DNA of 62,858 bases, the filler included, from Sphacelaria rigidula (taxonomy: Eukaryota), in assembly GCA_964200075.2 (NCBI GenBank). It is 7 parts of 7 records of this genome, joined end to end, with 100 filler letters (N's around TTAATTAATTAA, not from the genome) between each part and the next. Parts side by side here need not be neighbours in the genome. Positions count along the whole stretch, not along the records: positions 1 to 8,895 come from CAXNAA020009811.1; positions 8,996 to 17,889 come from CAXNAA020009812.1; 5 more parts are not named here. One strand, 5' to 3'. Under the pieces are notes generated by a model, which had not been told where the DNA came from, did no database searches, and saw nothing but the letters and a program-made list of their open reading frames with translations. Numbering within the stretch: the first letter of the stretch is position 1; each line of letters opens with the position of its first letter. Positions 1 through 13,240 of this stretch are shown piece after piece. The position numbers and the translations under genes are program-made.

Positions 1-96
1 CATATGAAAGTCATTTGTCATGAATTTAGGCCAGGGAAAGCACGACTTTTGAGTTGAACCTCATTTTTTTTCAACCTCATTTTCGAAAATCGGCTG
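1..96. mobile_element. Right arm of a foldback MITE, truncated at the contig start (same family as 19080-19505)
   Basis: catatgaaagtcatttgtca...gagttgaacctcat...caacctcattttcgaaaatcggctg matches ~19410-19505. Confidence 0.75.
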
Positions 97-885
97 TTTG
101 TTGTACATCGCACCTTGGACAATATTTGTGTGGTCAACAGTTGCAATTGAAATAGTTGTACTGAGTAAACTATAGGCATGCTGCAACTACTACTATTGTC
201 GGTTCGGACGAAAGTTGCAGTTGGCCTATACTTTGCGCAGTACGTTTTTTCGAATGCAACGACTACTTAGACTACCACATACATTTTGTGCAGGGTGCGG
301 TAAACATCGAACGTCTTTCACGTGGCTTTGGTTTGACGACAGTCTACCTACGCTTGTTTTTGCGAGCAGCCCACGCTGCATGAAGATTGAAGCAGTATTG
401 TGGTGGCCGGCCGGCTGCGAAGCCTGGTTCCCCGTCACGGTGGCCGCAGGCAGGCCGGTGGTCAGCGACCAACAACGGTCGGCGATATCCCTCCTGTGAC
501 TACGGGTCTGGGGTATCAATGGCGGGCTCAAAGCACAAAATAACGCCGCACGAGCTTTCACTCAGAAATATATGGCCCACCTGTTACATCGTTTACACCG
601 TCCAAAACACACCGGCCTCATGCACTCGTCACTTCTGCCCCGAAAACTACCACATCATCTTCATCTGTCCGCCTGAATCATCACGCCAACGCTGGATTCC
701 CGTGCACCATCGTCTCGGTACTCTTCTGAGGTATACTGCTACGGAGGGTTGCGTGTGCTGCGTTCGTTTATCAGGGGCGGAGCTCGCGCGCGAAGTGTTG
801 GCAAGATCTCTGGCGTGCTTGCCCTCTGAAAGATAGACCACAAACAGTGAACACATCAAGATTGTTTTGGAGACAGTACATACAG

Positions 886-1077
886 ATAAGATCGATCGTG
901 GAGATGTCAAAGGAGGACAGGCTCAAGAGGGAGGAAAAGAAGCTAGTCAGCTCGCTAGGCTGGGTGTGCAAGAGCGAGATGGCTGGCGGCTCCACGGTGC
1001 AGCGGGTGAATACTTTGTCGGTCTTGCCAGCAACTTCGGCGCAACATTACTTCAACGCGACGCAAAACTTCGGCACG
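886..1077 (+). CDS. Candidate internal exon, unknown protein (IRSIVEMSKEDRLKREEKKLVSSLGWVCKSEMAGG...NFGT)
   Basis: tacag acceptor at 885, open frame with G/C-rich third positions. The donor is weak and no domain is recognised. Confidence 0.3.
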
Positions 1078-1833
1078 GTGTTGCCTCTCGCGAGCAAGAG
1101 GCTTGACTTGAACTATGTGGCTCGGCTGCTGACTTTGCACACAAGGATTGATTGCCGCGCCGTGTGTATGTGTATGCTGCTGTTTCTGTCATAGCGATCT
1201 TCGCATGTTATCGGCCGTGTCCGTAGTGTGCATGTCGTTCACGTCGTGAAATGCGCACAGGTCAGACAACTTGGATCGTGACCTGTCGCCTACGGCATAC
1301 ACCTTTCTCTCATTTGGATAACGCGTACGGTGTCGAGCTGGGCCCGCCGTGAACCTAACACACGCACAGCACACAATTCTCAGGTGTACCGAATCATCAG
1401 CCCGATTGTAGCATATCGCTGTGAACTGCAGACCAACCCGGTAATGCATGGCTCCGCCGCCGATTGATTGGCGCAATTTTGGCGATGACGTTGTTGTACT
1501 GTCTTGAGTATAGAGTGCGTCTCATTTCGTGGCGTGAGAGCGTTTTTTGAGTCTCATTTTTCAATACAAAACGCGGCGGAATCACATACTGTATGACAAG
1601 TTTGACACGCACAACAACAGTCAAGATTGCACTGGGAATGCTGTGAGATGGCACCAACCTCGTCAGCAGCTCTACTATGGGAGAGGACCTCTGAGCCGTT
1701 TGTCACATACAATGAGCACAGACACAAGAAGAAGTGTCCAACTAGGACTGGGCTGCAACGCTTATACTCGATCAAATTCCCGATGGTGATCGTTCGCTAT
1801 TATCATCTGAGGTATTTTTTTCGAGATAATAAG

Positions 1834-2108
1834 TTCCACGGTTCGGGCGAATCATCGCCAGTTCGAATCACCAAATCCACGATTTTCCAGGCCTGGTTGC
1901 CCGAACAAAGAGAAAAATGTTGACCGCTGATCGAAACTTTCCGGCGCAACTTCGGCGCCATTACACGTGCCTGGGCTGCGCGTACCTGGGTTGCAACGCT
2001 TGTAACACTGGCTAAGGATTGATTCGTACGGTACGAATCAATCACACTAAGATCAACTAATTACCAGACAAAAAATCAACTCGTCCCACCCTTGATCAGT
2101 TCTGAAAT
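1834..2108 (-). repeat. Dispersed repeat family C copy
   Basis: Reverse complement aligns with 10085-10370 and 27170-27380 (ttgcaacccaggtac.cgcagccc...ggaatggcgcaaaa); partial copy near 47090-47190. Confidence 0.75.
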
Positions 2109-3004
2109 AAATTTAGGAGAGCTCCCAACGGCGCATTATTGTCAAGATATTATGCTGTCGCTGTTAGGTATGTCAATACAGACCTAGGACTGATCTCGTA
2201 GTTCGCTTGTCTTCGCCGGCGAAATGAAAGACAGGATGATACTGCCTGCCCGTGAATGACGTTCAAAGCTACGATTACCATCTTTCTCACAACCTCTCTG
2301 TGAAACGGGGGGGCAGTCGGAAAGGCGCCGGTGTGATCCACCGACCCTCTCGGAATGCAGCAGCAGCACACACAAATAAAAATGCTGACTGACTGTAGAG
2401 TGCTCCGCGCAAAGATTGCAGCATGCTTGCTCTCTGACAGGTGTATGTGCGGATACACCCACTACACCAGCAGCTGAAGACTTTACACACGGTGCGGTAG
2501 CGTACACTCGTAGCAGCACAACAGGCAGGTAGACACCTACTGGATTGCTTCTGCTCTCCACTTCGAAAGTGCGTATGTCTGCAAACGATCTCCACCGTGC
2601 TTGACCCCAACAGCTCCACCACCGCTGACCACGCACACAACGTCTAAGCAGATGGACACCGCCAACCCATGCTGCTTCTTACTTTATGACATGGCCCGGG
2701 GTGTCACTAACACGGTTCATGACGACTTTGCGTGCTTGCGAACGCCACGGCGTGCTCACAGGGCAGCACTGCGAAGCCTTGCGCTGCAGTCCGAAGTACT
2801 CAGACATATTCTCCTAACATGAAGTCTGGAAGAAAACATCAAGCCGTTTCATTTCCAGACAACGATGAACGCAGGGTCTGAAAACGCCAAAAATTTCAGG
2901 GATCTCCGAAGAAACTGTGTCGATGATAATGAGCCTAATAATGGGCCTTTTTACTCGTACAGTTGGGGGGGGGGGGGGTCTAGCAGATTATGGGGGGGAA
3001 TATG

Positions 3005-3240
3005 TCCTTGTCGGGATTCGAACTCGTGATAATTTGAGGCTCGTGTACCAGTCGGACCGCCGGGGCGCAGCGGTGTCACACAACAACAAGTACCGCGCTG
3101 GGTTCGATTAAAAGAGTTTTGAGCTGAACTTTCACCGGAATCTCCTGCGTGCGCAAGTACGCACAACATATCTGGGGATTTCGGCATTTTTTTTTCTTCA
3201 TTGTCACGGAATTTTGACTTTTTTCAGTTTGTACTAGAAT
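3005..3240 (-). repeat. Dispersed repeat copy with B-box-like motif
   Basis: Reverse complement aligns with ~11930-12175 (ccccaga.atgttgt.cgtacttgcg...gctgcgcccc...cacgagttc.aatcccgaca). Confidence 0.65.
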
Positions 3241-3504
3241 TTCGGATAGCTTTAACTTAATATTTATGTTTTCTTGCCATCTCGAGAAAGTTTGCGCGTA
3301 TTGATAAAGATATGCCGTGTCATTATTTCAGCCCCTACATCCTCAAATTGAGCACCACGTCACCCGATTGCGGACAGGAAACACAATCGGCTGGCCCAGC
3401 TCGTTCACGATTCCGATCCATCATGTCGATCACCGCTCCGCCAAATACACACTCAAACACGCACGCACCCCTCGTTTGTCCCTCGACCATGGCGTCTTAC
3501 ACAG

Positions 3505-3645
3505 GCTGGTACGACCGCAGCTCAGGACCGCAACAGAAGGAGCAACAGGAGCAACGCCAGCCGCATCAGCAACGGCAACGACGACAGCACTACCACACCC
3601 ATTGCCACCAATACCGACGACAGTAGCAGCGACAACAACATCAAC

Positions 3646-3680
<35 letters not shown>

Positions 3681-4542
3681 TAACACCAACAATGCCAACG
3701 CCAACGCCACCAATAGCGACAACACGAGGAGGATCACCCGTGTCAACCCGACCAAGAAGAACATAGAGTGGCCCGGCTACATGGTCGTGACGGACCGAGC
3801 CAAGCCCAAGCCAAAGCCCGTCAAGAAGCGCCCGACTATCACGAAGAAGACATCGACGCCAGCTACTACAAAAAAGTCCACTTCTTCGATCGCCAACAAG
3901 GGCAAGAAGAAGGGGAAGAATACCTCTCCCATGGCAACCGAAAAGGTCAGCAGCGCGGGCGCTGGCACTAGCTCGTCACCATCGTCCCCAGCCGCCTCCG
4001 CTATCGCCGCCGCGGCCACCGTCGGCGGCAAAGTGATAGGAAGGAGCGCAGGCGGTACCCGTAAGCCTCGCTCAGGAACCAGCTACAGCAGCAAGCCTAC
4101 CGTCCACAAGAGCGTTGCTAGTAAGCTCGTCGCTAAGAAGGGCTCGGCAGCGGCGGCGAAGAAGAAGCCGGCATCCCCCAAGGCGCGAAAAAAGGCCTCA
4201 TCTCCCGCCCCTTCTCCTTCGGTGCAACAGGCGGTAGAAACGGGAGAAGGGGGGGGTGGGGTGGCGGTGGGTGGGCTGGTGGTGGCCGCGGCGGCGGTTG
4301 GAGTGGGCGCAGGGGTGGGAGGGAACGTGGGTGACGGAATGGGTAACGTGGCATATCTCATTGACCTGCTGGCGGACGTTGACGAGGAGGTGGATTGCGT
4401 GGAGAGCTCGATGCAGCTGCGCACGGATGTGGTGGCCGCGGCGACTTTCTCGTTGGGGGTGCTGGCGGATGTGGCGTTGGGCACACGAACGGGGCGGGGG
4501 TATGAGTGGGGTGACGACGGCGGCCTGTGCAATTGTGTTTGA
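3505..4542 (+). CDS. Large low-complexity exon/ORF: N/S-rich, then K/A/P-rich basic region, then G/V-rich and acidic C-terminus
   Basis: The frame of ORF 3781-4542 is open from 3352. An in-phase cttacacag acceptor ends at 3504. No recognisable domain. Confidence 0.5.
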
Positions 4543-5034
4543 TCACGTTGAGCGAATGAGAGAAGGATGTGAAGACGACGCTCGGGAGATGGACCCAGTA
4601 CGTAAGATCTTGGCTACTGGGGAAGCGGGGAGGATGTGAGCGACTAGGCGGTGGAAGAAGGCGGTCGGCTCGAGTTCCAGTTAAGAGATTGGGGAGGGAG
4701 AGCGGCGTGAGGATTGTGGCACGCAATTACGGATGGAAATCGGTTCACTCACTCTCAGTAGGAAAGGAATCAACCAGCAAGAAAACGACGTGTTCGAAGG
4801 TCACGCGGCAGGGATATCAACAGCAGTGGCGAGGAATATGCGGTGGAGTGCAAAGCTTTGCAGGGACAACAGGGAGAGGCGGTGACGGCTGTCGTGGTGA
4901 CTATGGCGGTGGTGGCGGTACGTGTGGCGACGTGACGGAGTGTATTGGGGGTCTGAAAGAGGCATGATTAGACACCTGTAGGAGATACTGCAGGGCCGAG
5001 GCGTGGAGGAGGCGACTAGGGTAGCGAGGTGTGG

Positions 5035-5940
5035 GTGTCAGGCGATGAAGGTAGCAGATGTGTACCGTGAACCAGGAATGGAGTCGATCAGGATAGCAGG
5101 GCAACGCTTCGACGAAGGCGAAAGAAACGTCGATAAACCCGCGGTGTGAAGGAGTTCGTCGATAAGCGTATCCGCAACCGATGTTGAGTAGGCGAGAGCT
5201 CAAGTTGCTGTAGGAGAATACCGAAGGTTGTGAAGCAGGGAAGGAACAAAAAGAGACGGATCATCCTCCATCTGGCCGCGCGTTTGTTACAGTACCGCCG
5301 GGGTAGGGAGAACATAGTGGGCCGAGCGGGGGGTGGTTCAGCGGCAGCGTGGCTGCTGGTCGACGATGCAATAGTGTCGAGCGGAAACCAGAAATGACTA
5401 CGTGAGTAGCGGGTTGAACATACAAACAACAGCGGGGGGCGACTACGGCCATATGGGTCTATTTGACATGTGCGGCGTTGGTCGAGCGATGGAGGTAGCA
5501 GATGAGCATAGCGGACCAGGAATGTAGTGGATCAAGATGACCGGAAAAAGTACCTAAACGAAGGCAAACGGAACGTCGATAGACCGGCGGAGTGGAGGGG
5601 TTCTTCCGGGATGATACCCCAAACGATGTTGAGTAGGGAGGAACGCGAGGTATTCGATCGACGAACATACGGCAGGTTGTGCGGCAGGGAAAGAATAGAA
5701 AAGGTGGATCATTCTCGACTTAGCCGTGCTTTTGCTACAGTACCGCTAGAGAAAGGAAGAAATATGAGGCCGAGCGAGGGGTGATTGAGCGACAGCGTGG
5801 CTGCTGGTCGATAGTGTAAGAGTGCCGAGCGAAAGCTAGCAATGGCTGCGTGCGTACCGGCTTGCACGTAAGGACTATGCGGGGAGAAACTGCGGTCATG
5901 ACTGCGACGCGCGTCTACCTATGGGACATGTGCAGCATTG
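5035..5940. repeat. Diverged tandem duplication, period ~445 bp
   Basis: ggtagcagatg at 5050 and 5494; cagcgtggctgctggtcga at 5345 and 5793. Confidence 0.8.
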
Positions 5941-8895
5941 ACTGCCGTGAGGGGATATCTGGACGATGAGGCAGATGCCGAGAAGCTACAGCGACACAGC
6001 TGCTGCGGCCGCTAGCGGCACTACAATACTATAGAAATAGGTACACACCGGCAAGATGGCGATGGGTCAAGGCGTGCAGGGGGCGTCGAGCGAGGGAGGA
6101 CAATCTGGGGGCCGCAAGCGACAGCGGAGAGCAATAGACAACGCGAAATAGGAACAGAGTCCGTCAAATGGCAGCATGAAGATAAAATTACCGAATGCAA
6201 CACAACGGGAAAGTACAACGACAAGGAAGGAGGGGGTATTGTAGGCGTACGGTGTACAGTGGGTTAGGAAACAAGACAAGAACAGCAAGGCGGGGCAGGA
6301 AGCGGGACATCCGCTTCCAGGGAAACGGAGTCACAGACGATGCGATAGAGGCCACACACGAGGGATAGATGCGAAGATTGACTCAATCAGAAGGTGAGAT
6401 CCGCGGTGAGGTGAAAATGCGTGGGAGTATCGGGTCGATGAGGTGTGTGTGTGTCGGGGGGGTCTTGGAAAGGCGAGGAGTGACGATAGCGCGGGAAGGG
6501 AGGACGCGTCGAGGTGCGGCTGCACAATACGGATTCAAACACGAAATTGTTGAACTTGAGTATGTAGTAAAAGTTGACAATGAAGAAAGGGTGTAACTTT
6601 GGTATCTCCCTTTCTCGGCTTTCGTTCAGCGAATGTTTCTGTTGTGTTTACCTGGGGTACGTCTGTTCAGTATTTACAGCTGGATTTCTAGGTGATTAGT
6701 TCATGTGCGATGGCCAATCAATCAACTATGATGACAGTGCAAAAGCTGTGTCCAGACGTGAATTCTCTCACTAAGTTTGCGTTGTTTCCTCGTTCTTAAC
6801 CTGCATTCCAAACTCAAGTTTCAAACTGTTGCTGTTTCTCCGCTCTCAACCGTTACTACGAACTCAAATATTACGATTTTCAGTTATTGGCAAACCCAAT
6901 GATGAGTCTTTTTGCATTCTGATGCTACGCCTCTACATTGCACTGCATGGTACTGCGGGTGATGGGCCTTTGCACCTTCTCTCTATGTTCCGTGGCTTGT
7001 GGATTGTGTTCCGTTGTTGTTGCATTCGGTTCGGATACGGTTCGGATACAAGGATAGATTCCGAAGCGTCGTGTGCGCGTTTGGCGAGGCGTCTCCGGTC
7101 CGCAAAATTTCCGCATCTTCGCTGTTTTCAAGCAGGAATGGTAGCAACAGTGCGACTTGTACTACGTTTCCAACTGCTTCTATATCTTCTACTCTTCGTT
7201 GCCCGCCCCGTTCCGTGTACGCGCACCTCCAGGACTCATCGAAAGGTACGGTTTGAGTCACCGACGACATGGGCGCAGCACATCCGGCCGAACGTCTACC
7301 GCAATATTGTATAAGAGCATTCCACGCGCAGCGGTTTGATTCACGTACTGCATAGTCGAGGCCGATCACAGTCCGACAGCCTACAGAATAGGCACCTGGT
7401 AACACAACCCTGTAGCCGAAGGAGGGCAAACTTTAACAAAGCGGGGCACAAGACAACAATGACGGTGTGCGTTGCTGTTGAGAGGGTCTTCGATCATGCC
7501 GCTGTGCTTACCTTTCGGCGCAGTGTCGTGGGCTACCGTAGGAGTGTGCTCAGGACAACAAACGAAGAACAATCCACTTCGTTTCTGCGTACGTAGCTTA
7601 ACGTAGAAAGGTGCGACGAGCAGAAGGTATTGGTGAAACTATCGTAATTGAGGTTTTGCACCAGCACGGTGAGATGTGTGTGTTCGCACGTCTTTTGCGC
7701 GAGTGAGATGTTTTCTTTCACGCGGTGTGAAGGCTGCTTCATTGGTACGTTCACGGTCACAGCATCTGCATGCGTTACCCTTCATGCACGTACCCTGATG
7801 ATGTACGGGCGGGCTGGTGAATAATGACAACACGGTTCACCGCCCGTATTGATGGGACTGATGGCTAGACGTCGCGTGGCATCGTTGTCATCTATGGGGT
7901 AGACCGGCAGAGTTGACAGGAATAATCACGAAAACATTTCAACTTTGTTTTCTTCCTCTACCCTCTGCCGAGGTTGCCGACGTGGCTCTATAATCTGCAA
8001 CCCGGCGCTCGCGCTCGTGAGAAAGAGAGCAGAATCAATGTACTCTGAAAGCAGAGGATCTCTGAGACTACATTCATCCCCTAAAAGGAGGAGCCGTACA
8101 TGTTCCTCGTCAAGAAAGCCGCACTAACCAAGGTACACAACGTGAAACCCCGTCATCCTGCTTGCCTCCTCACCCTTCCAGCCGTCCACCTCCCTCCACG
8201 AGGCCGTCTACTACGTTCTCCGGCTGACCGTGCCTGCTTTCAGAACTTAGGCAGAGGCAATCCCACCCCGTAACTACTCTCCTGAACATCCTCCGTAATT
8301 TGCTTCTGTTCCCACCTGGACACTGCCGCGTTGATCGACACTCTGACCCTATCCTCCTTGAGAGCCTACTGGACATACCCCTTTGCGGTACTACCACTTA
8401 CTGCGTGCAATGCCGGCGGGGCTCGAGAGGCGGAGAACGACGAAATGCCAATGACATTCGTATATGAGGTTGCCAAGGCAGAGGTCAACCCTCACACATC
8501 TCGGTCAATACAGACTATGGAAGTGGTGAAAGTGGCAGCCCTTTTGAATAGCAAGTGATTCCGCATGTTCACTCCGTGCACGTCTACTTTGTAACCGTTA
8601 CTGTATCTGTAGCGAGTCAGTTAATACACATGTGGTGGTCAATCAAATCAAATAAATACACACATATATATATATATATGTATGTATATGCATATGCACC
8701 CCGTCGGGCGGACTCCGTGAAATATGCTCAACGTTCCAAACTAGCACTCTGCACGCCGACAAGCAAAGCAACGGCGGGAACAATCCTCAGCGAGGAGGCT
8801 GGTGAGAGTATAGGCACGCTGAAGATTGCTGAAGAGTCATCCTGCGATAGGGAGGGGGGGTATTTTGGGCCATTCGTTGCTCGAAATTTCGAGTC

Positions 8896-8995
8896 NNNNN
8901 NNNNNNNNNNNNNNNNNNNNNNNNNNNNNNNNNNNNNNNTTAATTAATTAANNNNNNNNNNNNNNNNNNNNNNNNNNNNNNNNNNNNNNNNNNNN
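8896..8995. other. Artificial contig-joining spacer N44-TTAATTAATTAA-N44
   Basis: Exactly 100 bp; the linker carries stop codons in all six frames. Confidence 0.98.
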
Positions 8996-9425
8996 TAAAA
9001 AATATGCACGGAAAAAAAATCATTTTTTAGCCCCCCCCCCCCCCCCTCTCTTTTTGTTGTTTTTTGTCGTTTCTCCATTTCCCCCTTCATCTCCCAAACC
9101 TTTTTCCTTTGTTGGGATTCCTCTTTGCCTAGTGTGTACTGTCCCTGAGTTTCCATCTGGGGTACTATTATCCAATGACTAGTGACCACGGTTGTACTCG
9201 TAGCGGAGCAGTCAATGTAAGGCAATCAATGAATCAATCGAAAAAACTCAAATTGGCGCCGCTCGGGGCGGATTTGAGTAAAGAACGGGTGCTGCCCACC
9301 CAGGCGAGCGCTCGCGGCTGTCAGCCTCTGAACAATCCGAAGTGAAGCTACCGCGGGTTAATCGACACAAACTTGCCAAAAACTCTTACAGCAGTGTTTT
9401 CTCGCATCCTCGCTTTTCCGAACAG

Positions 9426-9549
9426 GGGCGAGTACGCCTCGTAGCCGGTGGCGGCGGCTTCGCTCCGTTCCTCCACAAAGCGGTTTTGGAAATGACGCCC
9501 GGGGAGGAGAAGGAAGTCGTCATTCCGCCCAAAGACGCCTTCGGAGAAT
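9426..9549 (+). CDS. FKBP(SlyD-like)-MsrA fusion gene, visible exon 1 (GRVRLVAGGGGFAPFLHKAVLEMTPGEEKEVVIPPKDAFGE); 5' exons missing
   Basis: cag acceptor and gtcagt donor. Matches the FKBP motif M.PGE.K.V.IPP..AFG. Ends in phase 1. Confidence 0.9.
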
Positions 9550-10084
9550 GTCAGTGGAAACCCTTTTTTTTGCATAATCGAACCAACGCTTGTGACCGTC
9601 GTGTGAAAAAAAGATGGCATCCTCAAACGCGTCTTATTTTTTTTCGTATTTCGGGATTGTTGATATATTGGAGTTCGGGATATGTACTGCACCCGTTGTT
9701 GTTGTTATTGTTGTTGTTGTTGTTGTTGTTGTGCAGGAGAGATCGCAGTGAGAAGCATGTACGTCGTACGTTGTACTTATTCGCCAGTGAAGCTGTGCAC
9801 TATGAAAGATGGGTAGTGCGCCCGAACATTATATTTTGTTCCCTCCCTGGAAAACGCTCCTAAGTGATCAGCGTTTGGTTAGCTTGAGCACCATCAGGGT
9901 GCCCAAATCAGGGTGCCCGAAGAACTGTATGGGATACGTGGTGTATCGCTCCCTACCTTAAACACCGTCTCCCTCCCGGGGGAGGGGGGCGTCTTACACA
10001 CTACCATGTTCTACCGTGTATTATTTTTCTCGGCATACAACGAACCTATCCCCTTCCTCGGGATGAGCCCGCACAATAATAGAC

Positions 10085-10370
10085 TCCAGATATCAACCCA
10101 TCCAAGGGTCGGGGAAATGAATGATTCGTCTGGAAATTACTTGACTTTAGTGTGATCGATTCGTACCGTACGAATCCATCCCTCGGCTGTGTTGTCAGCG
10201 TTGCAACCCAGGTACGCGCAGCCCAGGCACGCGGAATGGCGCAAAAATTGCGTGGAGACCTTTTTGACCAGCGGTCGACTTTTTTCTCTCTTTGGAGATC
10301 TAAGGCCTGAAGAATCGTGAATCTGGTGGTTTGAACCGGCGATGATTTGTCTGAACCGTGAACCCATGTT
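10085..10370 (+). repeat. Dispersed repeat family C copy (intronic)
   Basis: Aligns with 1834-2108 (reverse complement) and 27170-27380. Confidence 0.75.
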
Positions 10371-10487
10371 GTTTTCCCGGTGGATGTTGAGTATTTGACG
10401 GTTCGGCCGCACAATAATACTTGACTGATGGCCATTTTCCAGTGAGGTGTATTCCCACTGCGGACGTTCTTGACTCCTGAAACATAA

Positions 10488-10647
10488 CCCTTTGGCGACC
10501 GGACTCCCAGAAACATGTGGTTCGCACGCAGGGGCGTTTCCGCAAACGGACATAATTTTTACTTGAGAACGAATGAAAATGACCCCGATTCACAAAAAGC
10601 CCCCTGCGTGCGAACCACATGGTTCTGGGAATCCTGTCCCACAAGGG
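10488..10647. mobile_element. piggyBac-like MITE, 160 bp (intronic)
   Basis: ~47-bp TIR CCCTTTGGCGACCGGACTCCCAGAAACATGTGGTTCGCACGCAGGGG; CCC...GGG ends flanked by ATAA and TTAA. Confidence 0.75.
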
Positions 10648-10909
10648 TTAATATACAATATGCACAGTACAGCGGTAAATATATAAAAAATTATTTGCCC
10701 CACCAGAAATGTTTTTTTTTTTTTTAATTCGGCATTCGCTTCCACTGTTTGCGATACCCTACGTCGTCTATCGGGAGATATGGGTTCAGTTTCTCGCGTG
10801 GCGAGTTGCGGTAGCCCGTGTTTCCGATAACCTCTCCCGCTCTTGACGTGTGCGCGCGCACGTGGTTTCCATCTTTTGCTCCTCCCTCGCCATTCTTTTG
10901 TTCTGGAAG

Positions 10910-10977
10910 TTGACCCGAAAATGACGACAAGATTAGGGATCGAGAACGCACCGGAGGGAATGGAGGCGGGTATGACG
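10910..10977 (+). CDS. FKBP-MsrA fusion, exon 2 ([F]DPKMTTRLGIENAPEGMEAGMT; insert-in-flap region)
   Basis: Pyrimidine tract plus aag acceptor, gtaagc donor. 68 nt, exactly bridging phase 1 to phase 0. Not in the supplied ORF track. Confidence 0.85.
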
Positions 10978-11373
10978 GTAAGCCGAGTTTTTTTCTTGTC
11001 ATGAGCGTTGACAGAAAAAAAACGCATATCATTTGGACATATTCTGTAACCTCGGGTTGATATCCTGCCGACAACTCGAGCAGGAAACAAAGGGATCGCG
11101 TTTTCATTTATTCTGTGTTTGTCTCACTTCTAAGGTTCCCCCTTCCTCGGGACAAGTCCGCGGTCTTCAGGAAGCAATCCGTATCTGCCCCGGTACACAC
11201 CTCGCGTTTTGGTATCGCAGATTGGATCATGACCAACACCCCCGCACTGGGCCGACTGTCGTCTAACAAACTCAGCCAAACATACTTTTTTTGGTACTCG
11301 CGTACGTTCTCACGTACGTCCTCGCATTTTCAAGTGCGGAAGACCAATACTTTTGAGAAAAAGTCAAATGGAC

Positions 11374-11722
11374 GGTCGCCCCGGTGGCTCAGATGGTAAC
11401 CTCGAAACCTCCTGACGGTTGGGTCGTGGGTTCAAATCTCGGAGCGATCTGGCATTTTTTCTCACACCATGCCCAACAGTGGAGAGTGACTACGTCGTGG
11501 GTACACAAAATGCGACTCAACGGTCGACAAGGGGGAGGAAGTGCCGAACTCCTCTCCCAATAAAAAGAAAAAGGCAAGCACCGCAGAGGGAAGGTGGAGT
11601 TGAAAAAAATAAACTCCTGTGTTGACCTTCCTCCTGTGTGACCCCGGCTGATGCGCCCACATATACCGAAAGGTGAAGACCGGCGTCCAGAATAGATGGG
11701 ACGACAAGACAAACACACAGAC
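11374..11722 (+). mobile_element. tRNA-derived SINE-like element (intronic)
   Basis: A box TGGCTCAGATGG and B box GGTTCAAATC in the head (11374-11449). The head recurs on the minus strand at 27065-27100 and the 3' part at ~27455-27520. Confidence 0.7.
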
Positions 11723-13113
11723 GCATCTGGCGGGAGTTGAACCGGCGTTTTCCCCGTCCTATGAGCTAGGCCAGCTGACAGTGATTGTTGAATGTTTTCG
11801 CGTCCGGCGTTGCTTCATTTGAGAAGTGAGGCGCTGATTTTTTTACACGATATGTTCTCATCAGCAGGCGCAACATTTCATGAAATGCCAGGAAAAAGTG
11901 AACAAAACAGAAAGTTGAAGCGATTTGAAATTTCAGCAAAAACTGAAAGGAAAAAAAAATGTCATCCCTTCATGAAAAAAACGAAAAGCGGCGGCATCCC
12001 CAGAAATGTTGTACGTACTTGCGTTCAGGAGATCCTGGTAAAAAGCTCGGCCAAAAACTCCTGAAATTGGGCTTAGCCTGGCACTTTTTGTGTGACGCCG
12101 CTGCGCCCCTGCAGTCCCACTGATACAGTAAACTACAGTTATAGAGGTCACGAGTTCAAATCCCGACATATCTCTTTTTTTTGCATTTCGCCGTTAAGGT
12201 AATGTATTATCCAGTACAGTTTTTCATTTGTTTTTTCAAGGGCAGAGCGTGCATAGCGAAGTTGGTCTGCAGTTCACAGCAACATGCTTAAATCGGGCTG
12301 ATTCGGGAAAAACTTGAGAAGTTTTTGTGTGATGTGCGTTTATCCGTTTCACGGCTGGCCCGGCTCGTGGGCGTGTCAGTTGTACGTTGAGCCCTCTGGG
12401 GCGTGACGACCATGTTTCGAGCATGCCACATTGCCAAACGTATTTTGAAGAATAAGCGTGTTTCCCCTGTACATGAGACAACTCCCAACCATTCTTCTGG
12501 AGTAGTAGGATATTTATCGTCGTGCGATAGGACCGTCACTTGGCCTCTACTCCATTCGCTTTTCTGATTGAAGAAAAAAAGTTATTGCGCTGTTTTGCTC
12601 ATGATTTTAGTAAGATCGCAAGCGATTTTGAAGCAGAATTTATTTCCATGACTGTGCTTTGATCGGACTTGGATCTTGTAGTGAGCCCCAGAGAGAAACA
12701 TCGTATACCTTCGGGTAGGACATACGCATGGCGATAGCACGCAAGACTGGGTTTAGGAGTTGGGGCATGACAAATCCCTGTATTTGAGCCCTGGAACGTA
12801 AAGACATGAACACATTTTGGGACAGCGTGCAGGGTGAAGGCGCCAAAATCAAGAGGAGGTTCCACTTGAAGGGTTTTACTCACAAGACTTTTTTTTCATA
12901 CACAGATTTTCATTTTGTTTCCGAAAAAATGGATTTCTTCCCCGACTCTTCACCCCCCCGAAAAAATAAATGCCGAAATAAAAATTCCGACGCTGGATTT
13001 TCGGAGAAATCTATACTACGCAGTCTTGAATTGATGTATTTGCCTGACCTGGTCGAGAAATATGCTCTCACTGTTCCGACATTTTTTGTATCTCCCTCCT
13101 TACATATCGGAGA

Positions 13114-13114
13114 C

Positions 13115-13148
<34 letters not shown>

Positions 13149-13240
13149 CTTCACATTAAAAACCGTTCCGATATCTGCGCGGTACATTCGTACTGGGCAT
13201 CTGATGCGGATGCCTTCCGTGGTCACAGGCTAGCCACCTA
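13114..13240 (-). mobile_element. Retroposon-like 3' end with (CAA)n tail
   Basis: (TTG)n abuts tcttca.at.aaaaaccgttccgatatctgcg...ctgggcatctgatgc; the same junction occurs at 44060-44240. Confidence 0.65.

Noticed and set aside
8940-8951. TTAATTAATTAA as a periodic biological motif
   Set aside because: Always centred in N runs; it is a synthetic six-frame stop linker.
11374-11449. tRNA gene
   Set aside because: No convincing D or anticodon stems; the head and downstream body recur as a dispersed repeat.
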